From Limisphaerales bacterium (lineage in GTDB: Bacteria > Patescibacteriota > Microgenomatia > UBA1400 > PJMF01), in contig JBILGT010000004.1 of the NCBI GenBank assembly GCA_044350895.1, positions 3,829 to 67,828 of the forward strand: 64,000 bases of DNA, given 5' to 3'. A model generated the notes under the pieces. It searched no databases, was not told where the DNA came from, and saw only the letters and a list, made by a program, of their open reading frames with translations. This document shows positions 19,482 through 28,802 of this stretch, piece after piece (positions within the stretch are counted from its first letter, which is position 1; each line of letters begins with the position of its first letter). The position numbers and the translations under genes are program-made.

Positions 19482-20319
19482 CTTTCCAATTATCTTTGAA
19501 GATGAAGACATTCTAGTGATTGATAAACCCGCTGGTATCGTCGTTAACGAAGCAAGTAATGTGCCAGGAGAGACAATCCAGTCATGGATGTCAAAACGCC
19601 TGTATCACGAAGCTCAAAGCGGTGATTGGTATAGTTTACTACCCAAAGATTTTACTGAAGAGTATGGTTCACCAGAAGAAATTTTCAAAGAACGCAACGG
19701 AATTGTCCATAGATTGGATAAAGATACGAGTGGAGCACTTGTCTTGGCAAAAAATCCAGGCAGTTTGATGAACCTCATGGCTCAGTTCAAGCAGCGAGAA
19801 ACACACAAAGAGTATATTTGTTTGGTACATGGATTATTTCACAGCCCTGAAGACACAATCAGATTACCATTGCTTCGTTCTACATCAAACAAAGGTAAGT
19901 TCCAAGTTTCCGTTGGAGGACGTCCCGCTGAAACAGCTTTCAAGGTGCTCAAGACATTTGCTTTTTCTCAAGACAGATTGCTGCAGTTAATCCGTCAGCA
20001 TGATGTCGAAAAAGGGAAAACCGATGCCCAAGTCATGAAAGAGTATCAGACATATCATGATTTTAGTTTGATTAGTTGCCAGCCTAAAACGGGGCGGACA
20101 CACCAAATCAGAGTTCATTTTTCTTATCTACAGCATCCACTTGTTTCAGATCAAGTGTATACCAATAAATGGCGTGTAAAGGCTGATGTATTGTGGTGTC
20201 CGAGACAATTTTTGCACGCAAGTAGCATCACATTTAAGCACCCTCGTACCAAAGAAATGCTTACGCTTGCAGCGCCGTTAGAGAATGACCTCGAGGCAGT
20301 TTTGAAAACCCTTGAGTAA
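19474..20319 (+). CDS. RluA-family pseudouridine synthase (RluD-like)
   Basis: HRLDKDTSGALVLAKN holds the catalytic Asp in the HRLD motif. Its start overlaps the lspA stop. Confidence 0.8.
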   Translation: MNNFPIIFEDEDILVIDKPAGIVVNEASNVPGETIQSWMSKRLYHEAQSGDWYSLLPKDFTEEYGSPEEIFKERNGIVHRLDKDTSGALVLAKNPGSLMNLMAQFKQRETHKEYICLVHGLFHSPEDTIRLPLLRSTSNKGKFQVSVGGRPAETAFKVLKTFAFSQDRLLQLIRQHDVEKGKTDAQVMKEYQTYHDFSLISCQPKTGRTHQIRVHFSYLQHPLVSDQVYTNKWRVKADVLWCPRQFLHASSITFKHPRTKEMLTLAAPLENDLEAVLKTLE

Positions 20320-20357
20320 TTTGACCCCTTGTAGATATACTCATCTACGATATATAG

Positions 20358-20978
20358 TTGACTATGGCTCCTCACAAACAAACTCCAAGTGTTAGTTTTC
20401 CAAATGATTCTATTTCCTACACAGTGCCCACTTGGGCAGACATGATGGATGGTATTTTTGATATTTCTCAACAAATTACTGCCAGTAACGAACAGTACGA
20501 TGTAATTGTTACCTTAGCAAAAGGTGGCTTACCGTTATCAAGAATTTTGGCTGATTTTTTACATATTCCGATTATTTTAAGTTTGGGTGTTCGTTTCTAT
20601 ACAGGAATTAGAGAAACTCTTGATAAACCTGAAATTTATCAAGATATATATCCAGTTTCAGGAGTTGCGGGCAAAAAAGTGCTGCTTTTTGATGATGTAG
20701 CAGAGACAGGTGAATCACTTATTTTTGGTGAACAGTATTGCAGAGCATTGGGTGCAGAAAGTGTCACTACAGCTGCAGTGTATATGAAGCCAAAAACTCG
20801 CCATATACCCAAACATTATGCCTTTGAAACAACTGACTGGATTTTATTTCCATTTGAGATTATGGAGTCAGTGAATCAGTTAGACAGCAGGTGGCAAGAA
20901 CAGGGGATTGCTGCTGCTGAACGACAATCACGATTTATAAAAATTGGATGCAAGAAGGAGTGGCTCAATCAAAAATAA
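20358..20978 (+). CDS. type I phosphoribosyltransferase-domain protein
   Basis: VLLFDDVAETGESL is the PRPP-binding motif. Confidence 0.6.
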   Translation: MTMAPHKQTPSVSFPNDSISYTVPTWADMMDGIFDISQQITASNEQYDVIVTLAKGGLPLSRILADFLHIPIILSLGVRFYTGIRETLDKPEIYQDIYPVSGVAGKKVLLFDDVAETGESLIFGEQYCRALGAESVTTAAVYMKPKTRHIPKHYAFETTDWILFPFEIMESVNQLDSRWQEQGIAAAERQSRFIKIGCKKEWLNQK

Positions 20979-20993
20979 TATAGGTAACTATAT

Positions 20994-21092
20994 GATAATG
21001 AGTCGCGAAGGCAAATAGAAGGCTTTCGCTCCCAAGTAACAAACGTTGTCTACCTAAAAAGTAGACAAATAGAAACCAAGTTGAGCAGAAAG
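20994..21092 (+). promoter_or_regulatory. conserved leader element copy 1: -10 box, then TTCGCTCCCAAGTAACAA core, 6-bp hairpin and GAAACCAAGNTGAGCNGAAAG box
   Basis: GATAAT at 20994-20999. Core at 21025-21042. Hairpin GTCTAC/GTAGAC at 21048-21066. 3' box at 21072-21092. The same architecture recurs at 22357-22444. Confidence 0.5.
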
Positions 21093-21095
21093 TCT

Positions 21096-22310
21096 ATGCT
21101 AGCACTACCTGAACGCCAACAACCATTCGTAGATTCCCAACAAGCTGAGCTGGATGCGATTATTCGCAACGAGCAACAACTAAAAGCTGCTCAAGCAGCT
21201 GACCGAAAACGTTCTTACATAGAGCCAGGAATACCTGATGTAGAACGTCAAGTTGATTTGGTGCGCATGAGAGGCTTTGAATTTCAAACGAATCCAGATG
21301 GATCAGAAGTAATTGACATACTATGGCCATCACCGGAAGAGGAGGAAACAGACTATCGTGGTTTTGTTCAAGTAGCGCATCTGTTGTGGCGCAAAAGAAA
21401 TCAATCTGACAAACAGTTTTTTGCTAGCCCAAAATATCGGCACTCAGCCGATCAGGCATTAAGTACTTGGCAACAAGTTGAAGAACTACTAATGGGTGAT
21501 AGCATTTCTCAGACTGGAGTACCATTTTTCCGTAAGTTACATGACCCTTCAATTCCTGTCACTAAAGCTCACACAGGGCGAACTCCAGCTGCTCACATTC
21601 TTGATGTTTTAGAATGTGTGAAATCAGATCATCTGCAATTAGATTTTCGTCGTTTTCTTGTTCGTGTTAATGCTGTTATGCATGATTGGGGCAAGCTGTT
21701 TATTTCTGGCAAGGATATTTATCAGGATCACGCTCATATCAGTTACTATATCGCTCGAAAATTTTTAGCACGTTACTTCATTGAATATTTTGGTGCAACA
21801 CCTGAAATTGCATTTGCTCAAGCCGCAACATTTACATTACCGATTAAGTATCATCATTTACTTGAACAAGTTGAAGAAAATATTCTAACTGAAAAAGAAG
21901 CAGCTCAATTACTGCCCTCAGAAGCTGTGCTTGAGGAGATTGCGACGCTGACGATAGCAGATCGTTTAAGTGTGCGTGGTGGAATGGGCAGATATGCAAT
22001 GTTTGCATTTCTTGTCTTTTTTGGTTATCCACACCTTTTGAAACAGATTGTCACAACAGAAGAAGTTTTGGTGCTGGCGCAGCGATTAAGTGGCCAATGT
22101 TTAGGTGGTGTTGCTGATGTTTTACATTCATCTGATGAGTATCCAAATCTAATTGATAGCATTGCGCTGCCTGTCATCAATGGCATTATGAATTTTCAAG
22201 CTACCAGTGATGGGCTAGTTACGATGCTTAGTCAAAGTGCCTTAGGTACTCACACGGAGCAAGTATCAAACGCTCAGAAAAGCGGACTACTGTATAAAGG
22301 TATAAAGTGA
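21096..22310 (+). CDS. HD-domain-like metal-dependent phosphohydrolase (hypothetical)
   Basis: AAHILDVLECV ... NAVMHDWGKLF matches the H ... HD ... GK spacing of HD domains. The ORF-track TTG start (21081) lies inside the conserved leader box, so ATG 21096 is preferred. Confidence 0.45.
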   Translation: MLALPERQQPFVDSQQAELDAIIRNEQQLKAAQAADRKRSYIEPGIPDVERQVDLVRMRGFEFQTNPDGSEVIDILWPSPEEEETDYRGFVQVAHLLWRKRNQSDKQFFASPKYRHSADQALSTWQQVEELLMGDSISQTGVPFFRKLHDPSIPVTKAHTGRTPAAHILDVLECVKSDHLQLDFRRFLVRVNAVMHDWGKLFISGKDIYQDHAHISYYIARKFLARYFIEYFGATPEIAFAQAATFTLPIKYHHLLEQVEENILTEKEAAQLLPSEAVLEEIATLTIADRLSVRGGMGRYAMFAFLVFFGYPHLLKQIVTTEEVLVLAQRLSGQCLGGVADVLHSSDEYPNLIDSIALPVINGIMNFQATSDGLVTMLSQSALGTHTEQVSNAQKSGLLYKGIK

Positions 22311-22356
22311 TCACATATGTATATTTACAGATACATATGATGCATATATAATAACC

Positions 22357-22444
22357 TATAATAATTAAGTGCGGAACACCAAGTGCTTCGCTCCCAAGTA
22401 ACAACACTTTGCTAGTGCAAAGGGAAACCAAGATGAGCTGAAAG
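22357..22444 (+). promoter_or_regulatory. conserved leader element copy 2
   Basis: TATAAT at 22357-22362. Identical 18-nt core at 22387-22404. Compensatory hairpin CTTTGC/GCAAAG at 22407-22422. 3' box GAAACCAAGATGAGCTGAAAG at 22424-22444. Confidence 0.5.
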
Positions 22445-22470
22445 AATACTGGGTGTTTTTTTGTAACCAA

Positions 22471-23961
22471 ATGGCAAAAATAGAACGTACTGAACGGCTA
22501 GCTCCTCCTACTAATACTGAAATTTTTCAGCAGCTACATAATCTTTTGATCTACTGGCTTTCGCCATCTGAAGTGAGCCAATTACTGGCTCAGATTGCTT
22601 TTAAAGAACTTAGTTCACCAGCATTTTTGCAAGGTATTTCAAGAATAGTAATCGCCTCAAATCCTGAAGGTAAAAAGACTCGAGGGCTGATTCAAGCACT
22701 CCATGGTTACTTTACCCGTGAGGGAGGGACTCCACTTGAAATTGAAGCCCGTGATCCAGAAAAATTATCGGGAAAACTTGAAGTGAGTGTTTCAAGCGCT
22801 GGTCTAGCTGCAAACTGGAAAGTTGATCAAGCACGCCGTGCGATTGCTGGTAATTTTGGTGGTGATACTGTTCTGGTCGGTACTGACACGATTATTTTTG
22901 CTGGAAATGATTCAACTTCAATTGAACGGTTTCCTAACCCAGAACGTGATAGACACTTCGCCCAGATACATGGTTTACCTTGGACTTGGGGAAGTATTAA
23001 AGGACAAGTTGAGAGAGTTGTGAATAAAATTGCGAGCAGAGAAGCAGAGCCTCCAAAGGAAGCCGTGGTCATTGCTCACTGCGTGACCTCATTTGCACGA
23101 AAAGCACTTGCTGAAGATGCTGGTGTACTTTTCAACCTTGGCTATTCTATTCGCACGATCTACTGGGGAATTAAAGAAGAACAGATCTGGAGAGATATCG
23201 AAAAGTATCGGGCAGAAAATACTATTGCCCACATGAACAAGCGACCACCACTGGTAAAACTTGCAGAAGATTATCGCGATCACATCACAGAAGTTGATAT
23301 TACGCACCTTGTTTGTGGTTTGCTGGCTGATACTGTGGGAAACCCCATAACATTTGAAAATAAAGATGGACATGAGGTATTGATGGATCCTGGAAAAGAG
23401 GATCTGAGATTTGTACGTCCTGGTCTGATGTTACAAAATGATGGCAGTATCCAGCTAGTTGATACGTTGGGTGGGGTACAAACACTTACACTTGATAGTT
23501 GTACAACAGGACAGATACTAGGTGTGATTGATGACAGTGGCAAACGCATTTTTTCGGAACCAACTGAACGAGGAATTCGTTTTCTAATCCCAAAACGAGG
23601 ACTTTTACTCACTAAAGTGCGCATGTCTTTGGAAAATGGTACAGTGCGACAGCTTACCTCTCTTGAATCAAACATTCTTAGAACACTAATTGAACAGACG
23701 CAAGCATATGAAAAAGTCCTAGATATCGTAACAAGCTTTATGATCGATGGCATCCCGCCTCAGGTAGTACTTGCAGCATTTCTCGCGAGTGTTGCTGTGC
23801 CACTGCAAGGCAATTCACAGGAAGTAACTGTGATGGGGTACCCTGAACTACTTAAGCCGACTGAGCCTGATGGTTCACCACGCAGAGAGACGCCAACTGA
23901 GAAGGCACAAAGGATTAGAGACGCGTATGTGCGAATGCATGTGGGTAAATATAGTTTTTAA
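22471..23961 (+). CDS. hypothetical protein (about 497 aa)
   Basis: Long ORF with no recognisable motif. Start is ATG 22471 or GTG 22453. Confidence 0.5.
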   Translation: MAKIERTERLAPPTNTEIFQQLHNLLIYWLSPSEVSQLLAQIAFKELSSPAFLQGISRIVIASNPEGKKTRGLIQALHGYFTREGGTPLEIEARDPEKLSGKLEVSVSSAGLAANWKVDQARRAIAGNFGGDTVLVGTDTIIFAGNDSTSIERFPNPERDRHFAQIHGLPWTWGSIKGQVERVVNKIASREAEPPKEAVVIAHCVTSFARKALAEDAGVLFNLGYSIRTIYWGIKEEQIWRDIEKYRAENTIAHMNKRPPLVKLAEDYRDHITEVDITHLVCGLLADTVGNPITFENKDGHEVLMDPGKEDLRFVRPGLMLQNDGSIQLVDTLGGVQTLTLDSCTTGQILGVIDDSGKRIFSEPTERGIRFLIPKRGLLLTKVRMSLENGTVRQLTSLESNILRTLIEQTQAYEKVLDIVTSFMIDGIPPQVVLAAFLASVAVPLQGNSQEVTVMGYPELLKPTEPDGSPRRETPTEKAQRIRDAYVRMHVGKYSF

Positions 23962-24284
23962 TTTAGTGATTCAGCAAGAAGGTTAGCAGTATTTTGAGGA
24001 TCATTCACACTGGCGGTTATGGTATGTAGTTGTAGTTCTTCAATCGTCAGGGCAAATTCTGGGTCAAACGGAGTGTGTTTCAAAAATAATATTGCGGCGT
24101 AGCCAGGTTCAGTTTCAAGTAAAACACGTAACTCATCAATGCCAATATCACCGAGTGAAACAGTATCAAAACTTCCTTTAGTGAACGGATGTCTATGCAG
24201 CTCTTGAGTAATTTGTGCAGCACCGTTTCTGGGGCCAACTACTGCAACTGATTTTCGATGCCCTGTTTCAACTGTTTTACTCAT
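23958..24284 (-). CDS. hypothetical protein (108 aa)
   Basis: ORF only; tail-to-tail 4-nt overlap with the preceding gene. Confidence 0.4.
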   Translation of the reverse strand: MSKTVETGHRKSVAVVGPRNGAAQITQELHRHPFTKGSFDTVSLGDIGIDELRVLLETEPGYAAILFLKHTPFDPEFALTIEELQLHTITASVNDPQNTANLLAESLN

Positions 24285-24358
24285 ATGAAATTATCACACA
24301 TTTTATCATTTACTGATAAAAATAATATATGAAAATTGTACTAATGCTGTACGATAGG

Positions 24359-24850
24359 TTACGCCTTATAGGTGACAACAAGTTCTGGAGGAGTGAATTC
24401 CTGAGAAGTGATCTCTTGTTGTGGCTTTGTCGTCAAAAGATACATGGTATCGTGTGGAGCTGCTGCGTAGACACTCAATAAGTGACTGAGTATCAGGTCC
24501 CAGTTTCCAACATCTGGATACATCGCTTGTAAGTCCTGCATGACTTCTGCTCTCAAAATATTGTACGCGACACTGCCAGTATCAGTGGGAAATGCTCCAA
24601 CTTCACATTTGGCAATAATTGTCTGAGTGAGTGAGTTGAAATGTAGATCAGGATCAAATGCTTCACCTGTATTTGGACGTGGAGCTACTAACTGTAAATG
24701 CAAAATACCAGTTTCAAGATCATTTTGCAGTACGACAAGAATAGTGGCTCGGGGAGCACGCAAGAATTTTTCAACTGCATCAGGATCGCGTTGTAAGCCG
24801 AGTGGACGCTCTGCGAGCTGGATAGGAGATTCTGGTCGTAGGTTCTGCAT
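24359..24850 (-). CDS. hypothetical protein (163 aa)
   Basis: ORF with coding-like composition and no motif. Confidence 0.4.
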   Translation of the reverse strand: MQNLRPESPIQLAERPLGLQRDPDAVEKFLRAPRATILVVLQNDLETGILHLQLVAPRPNTGEAFDPDLHFNSLTQTIIAKCEVGAFPTDTGSVAYNILRAEVMQDLQAMYPDVGNWDLILSHLLSVYAAAPHDTMYLLTTKPQQEITSQEFTPPELVVTYKA

Positions 24851-25078
24851 AAAAGTGCATTATAGTATATCAAAAATTGCAGCCAAAGCAATGTAAAGCC
24901 AGGCTTTACTTTTTAACCTGCAAAAGCTACGCTATCAGCTATGATCAAATCACGCCTTGCATCTCACTCCTCATTTTCTACTGCACACTAGACTCGTGTC
25001 GCACGTCGTAGTACAACTCTTTGCAAGAGTTATGTTTTAATTTCAGTACATACCAAATTTTTAAACCGAAAGGGCATA

Positions 25079-26389
25079 ATGCCAGATACAATTTTTTCTC
25101 TGATAGATCAAGAGGAACAGCGCCAAAAAGAAATGATTGGCTTGATTCCATCTGAAAATAATACTTCACCTGAAGTTTCCGCAGTGCTAGCTTCCTGTCT
25201 GTCCAACAAATATGCAGAAGGTTACCCTGGACGCCGTTACTATGAAGGCAACCAAATCGTAGACAAGATAGAAAATGCTGCAATTGATCGAGTTAAAGAG
25301 TTATTTGATGTTCCATACGTCAATGTACAGCCATATTCTGGTAGTCCGGCAAATTTTGCAATTTACTTTGCGTTGATGCAACCTGGCGAGACGCTCATGG
25401 GCTTAAAGCTATCAATGGGAGGACATTTAACGCATGGTCACCCAAATGTCACTGCCTCAGGACGTTTTTATAACTCAGTTCAGTATGGAGTGAAAGAAAA
25501 TGCGCGAATTGATTTTGATGAAGTACGTGAACTTGCCAAAAAGCATAAACCAAAAGTTATCGTAGCAGGCAATACGGCATATCCTTTCAAGCTAGATTTT
25601 AAGAAGTTTAGAGAAATTGCTGATGAAGTTGGAGCCTGGCTGGTGGCAGACATTTCTCATGTCACCGGTTTGGTTATTGCTGGTGAACATCCGAGTCCAA
25701 TGCCATTTGCCGATGTTGTCATGACGACAACACACAAAACTTTCCGAGGCCCTCGTGGCGCTATGATTTTGGTGACCAAAAGAGGAATGAAACGCGATCC
25801 AGAGCTTGGTAAAAAAATTGATGGAGCTATTATTCCTGGTCTGCAAGGTGGTCCACACAATGCCACCACTGCAGCAATTGCAATTGCTGCTAAAGAAGCC
25901 AGTACCGCCAAGTTTAAAAAGTATGCCCAGCAGATTAGAAAAAATGCTGATGCAATGGCTGACGAATTCAAAAAACAAGGATTAACCCTGGTGGGTGGAG
26001 GAACTGAGACACACCTGATTGTGGTAGATTTAACGCCATTTGGTATAAGTCTCGGAACACAAGTTTCGTTTGCTATGGATGTGGCAGGAATCTATGCCAA
26101 CCGCAACACAGTGCCAACAGAAAAAGGCTCACCATTCTATCCATCTGGCTTGCGCGTGGGAACACCACTCGTTACCACTCGGGGAATGAAAGAAAAAGAA
26201 ATGCGTCAAATTGCTCGTTGGATTGCACAAGTAGTTGACCACGTCAAAAATGAACAACTGCCCACAGATCCAAAAGAGCGACAAGCATTTTTGAGTGACT
26301 TTAGAAAGAAAGCAGTCAAGGATACAACCTTGCTTGCTATCAGAAAAGAAGTCACAGAGCTTGCACTCAAGTTCCCACTGTTTAAATAG
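25079..26389 (+). CDS. glyA: serine hydroxymethyltransferase
   Basis: GYPGRRYYEG, and VMTTTHKTFRGPRG with the PLP-binding Lys in TTHKT. Confidence 0.9.
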   Translation: MPDTIFSLIDQEEQRQKEMIGLIPSENNTSPEVSAVLASCLSNKYAEGYPGRRYYEGNQIVDKIENAAIDRVKELFDVPYVNVQPYSGSPANFAIYFALMQPGETLMGLKLSMGGHLTHGHPNVTASGRFYNSVQYGVKENARIDFDEVRELAKKHKPKVIVAGNTAYPFKLDFKKFREIADEVGAWLVADISHVTGLVIAGEHPSPMPFADVVMTTTHKTFRGPRGAMILVTKRGMKRDPELGKKIDGAIIPGLQGGPHNATTAAIAIAAKEASTAKFKKYAQQIRKNADAMADEFKKQGLTLVGGGTETHLIVVDLTPFGISLGTQVSFAMDVAGIYANRNTVPTEKGSPFYPSGLRVGTPLVTTRGMKEKEMRQIARWIAQVVDHVKNEQLPTDPKERQAFLSDFRKKAVKDTTLLAIRKEVTELALKFPLFK

Positions 26390-26554
26390 CACATCGAGCT
26401 GATTACTTCCATCAGACACAGCTGGCACCTTCTCCAGCTTTGCTAGCTTCTTGCTCCAGTACTTTTTGGGGATCGAGAAGTTCGTGGTGTCGCAAGTAGC
26501 TACAGTCTGTGAAAGTAATCAGCTCTTCACGTACATAATTACTCAAAAGGAAAC

Positions 26555-27157
26555 ATGTTTAAAATTCAAAAATTTGATCTTATCGTAGCAGTCTATATTT
26601 TCTGTATTGCAGCGTCAGAGCTGATGGGAGCAAAAACATTCCCACTGGCCAATATTTTCGGTTATCAACTCAATGCTAGTGTTGCGATCTTTCTCTTGCC
26701 ACTGCTATTTACCATCAACGATATGGTGACTGAAGTGTATGGAAAAGAGCGGACAAAAAGCATTATTCGCTCAGGAACAGTAGTTATTTTTTTACTCTTA
26801 CTATTTTCATTGCTAGCAACTAGTTTGCCAGCGTCAGGTAGATTTCAGTCCACTGAACCTGCATATGACACAATTTTTGGACTATCAGCAAGAATTGCTG
26901 CAGCAAGTTTGATTGCATTTACAACTGCAGATTTCTTGGATGTGGCAGTTTTCGCCAAGATTCGCAAGGCACTGGGAAAAAGTAAGTTGTGGCTTAGAAA
27001 TAATCTTTCAAATTTTATTGCGCAGTTTGTAGATACCGTACTATTTATGTTTTTGGCATTTTATTCATTCGATAGATCTCTGAGTGCCAACCTGACGTTT
27101 TTATTCAGCCTAATTCTGCCATATTGGCTCCTGAAGTGTTCCAATGTCAGTAATTGA
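26555..27157 (+). CDS. YhhQ/COG1738-family queuosine-precursor transporter-like membrane protein
   Basis: LLPLLFTINDMVTEVYGKERTKSIIRSG resembles the conserved YhhQ core; six-helix hydropathy profile. Confidence 0.55.
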   Translation: MFKIQKFDLIVAVYIFCIAASELMGAKTFPLANIFGYQLNASVAIFLLPLLFTINDMVTEVYGKERTKSIIRSGTVVIFLLLLFSLLATSLPASGRFQSTEPAYDTIFGLSARIAAASLIAFTTADFLDVAVFAKIRKALGKSKLWLRNNLSNFIAQFVDTVLFMFLAFYSFDRSLSANLTFLFSLILPYWLLKCSNVSN

Positions 27158-27189
27158 AACCCCATTGGTATATTGGGGTGTTAACTGGC

Positions 27190-27879
27190 TTAAGCGGGAA
27201 GAATAGCTTCAATCATCTCGAGTTCACGTCGGCCATGGAATTTTGCTTTAACATCTTCATGGCTGACGTCAAAACCAGCGCGTTCGAGAAGCGTAATGAA
27301 ATCCTCACGTTTTTGAGAAGCACTGGGATGGAACTCGCAGATAATATGTTTGATCAGATGTAGAGAATCACGTGCACTTTTTAGCACTTCCACTTCGGCA
27401 CCTTCAATATCCATTTTGAGTAAATCGATAGGCTGAGTAATGAGCGACGCCAAGGTGACAACAGGAACACGGATCGCTTCAGTTTTCTGCGCATTATTCC
27501 AAGCACCTTCAATAAATGAGGCAGTACTATGCCAATTGAATTCTGTGTCAGCATACAACGTACGAGCGCGAGCTGGTTCCGCACCCAGAGCAGCATTCAC
27601 TGTGGTTATGTCCTGGAGATCATTTTCAGCAATGTTTTTTTCGAGTAGTGCAAAATTGATAGGATGCGGTTCAACTGCAATGATCTGTGCACCAGGCAGT
27701 ACTTTTTTGAAGTAAAGTGTTGACAATCCAATATGTGCTCCAGCATCGATGATTACTGGCCGAGGATTTTCAGTTTCAAAGTAGTACGTATGATGAGTAA
27801 ACACCTCAGACTTGAGCTGGAGCGTCTCTTCACGGTTGTTACACCAGACTTCAAACGGTTCTATAGTTAGTTTTTCCAT
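27190..27879 (-). CDS. FkbM-family methyltransferase
   Basis: IIDAGAHIGLSTLYF is a Gly-rich SAM motif; LKMDIEGAEVEVL is the FkbM signature. Start is ATG 27879 or 27930. Confidence 0.7.
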   Translation of the reverse strand: MEKLTIEPFEVWCNNREETLQLKSEVFTHHTYYFETENPRPVIIDAGAHIGLSTLYFKKVLPGAQIIAVEPHPINFALLEKNIAENDLQDITTVNAALGAEPARARTLYADTEFNWHSTASFIEGAWNNAQKTEAIRVPVVTLASLITQPIDLLKMDIEGAEVEVLKSARDSLHLIKHIICEFHPSASQKREDFITLLERAGFDVSHEDVKAKFHGRRELEMIEAILPA

Positions 27880-27899
27880 ATATGGTATTCTACCTAAAT

Positions 27900-28802
27900 A
27901 TGCAAAGAAAAATTGGAGCACATGTATCAACCGCTGGTGGACTAGAAAATGGCGTCATTAAAGCGCAGTCAATTGGTTGTAATTGTTTTCAATTATTTTC
28001 TGGTAGTCCACGAATTTGGCAGCGTAAAAAGCTTGCTGAAGTAGAAACTGAAAAATACTTTGCAGAGCGAGAAAAGTGGGGGATAGGTCCAGTTATTACG
28101 CATGCTCTGTACCTCGTCAACCTAGCAAGTGATAAAGCGGAAAATGTACAAAAATCCTTTAATTCTTTGAAATATGAACTGGAATTTGATGCGGCAATTC
28201 AAGGCGGGGGAGTTGTAGTGCATCTGGGCAGTCACCAGGGTAGGGGATGGGCGAGTGCAAAGGATCAAGTTGCGAAAGTCGTGGGTGATCTCCTTCGTGA
28301 AACACCTGAGAATTCTACCTTTTTGATTGAAAATGCCGCCGGTCAGAACGGAAAAGTGGGAGATGATCTGGGAGAGATTAGAGAATTGCTTGAAGTAATT
28401 GAAAAAGATGGTCAGTTTGTTTCCAAAGGGAGAATTGGTTGGTGTTTTGACACCTGTCATGCTCATGCTGCTGGATACTATTTGGGAGAATCTGTTCCTG
28501 AAAACGTAGTGATGGCTGAAAAAATTACTCGGCAGCCACAATCAGCTCTCAAAACAATCTCTGAACAAGGCTTATGGGAAATGCTCAAATGTATTCACGT
28601 CAATGATAGTCGTGATCCATTCGGTAGTGGCAAAGATCGACATGCCAACCTCGGTGATGGTAATATTCCCCAAGAAGATTTACGTCATTTTCTGCACTTT
28701 AGTGAACTAAAGCACATCCCATTAATCCTCGAAGTTCCTGGTTTAGATGGTGAAGGTCCAGATGCAGCTAATGTTGAACGTCTGAAAAAGATTCTTGAGT
28801 AG
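27900..28802 (+). CDS. nfo: endonuclease IV (AP endonuclease, TIM barrel)
   Basis: KIGAHVSTAGG ... CFQLFSGSPRIW and His/Asp/Glu metal ligands (HAHAAGY, HVNDS). Confidence 0.85.
   Translation: MQRKIGAHVSTAGGLENGVIKAQSIGCNCFQLFSGSPRIWQRKKLAEVETEKYFAEREKWGIGPVITHALYLVNLASDKAENVQKSFNSLKYELEFDAAIQGGGVVVHLGSHQGRGWASAKDQVAKVVGDLLRETPENSTFLIENAAGQNGKVGDDLGEIRELLEVIEKDGQFVSKGRIGWCFDTCHAHAAGYYLGESVPENVVMAEKITRQPQSALKTISEQGLWEMLKCIHVNDSRDPFGSGKDRHANLGDGNIPQEDLRHFLHFSELKHIPLILEVPGLDGEGPDAANVERLKKILE

Noticed and set aside
22453-22470. GTG start at 22453 for the 497-aa hypothetical, and the mini-ORF ATG-AGC-TGA at 22433-22441.
   Set aside because: ATG-AGC-TGA is part of the conserved leader box, not a coding start. 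The first in-frame ATG after the element (22471) is the more plausible start.
24851-25078. ZTP (pfl) or THF riboswitch upstream of glyA and folD.
   Set aside because: Conserved pfl elements such as GGGTCGTGAC...CCGGG...GACCGCCTGGGCA are not visible. The folD leader is only 33 nt.
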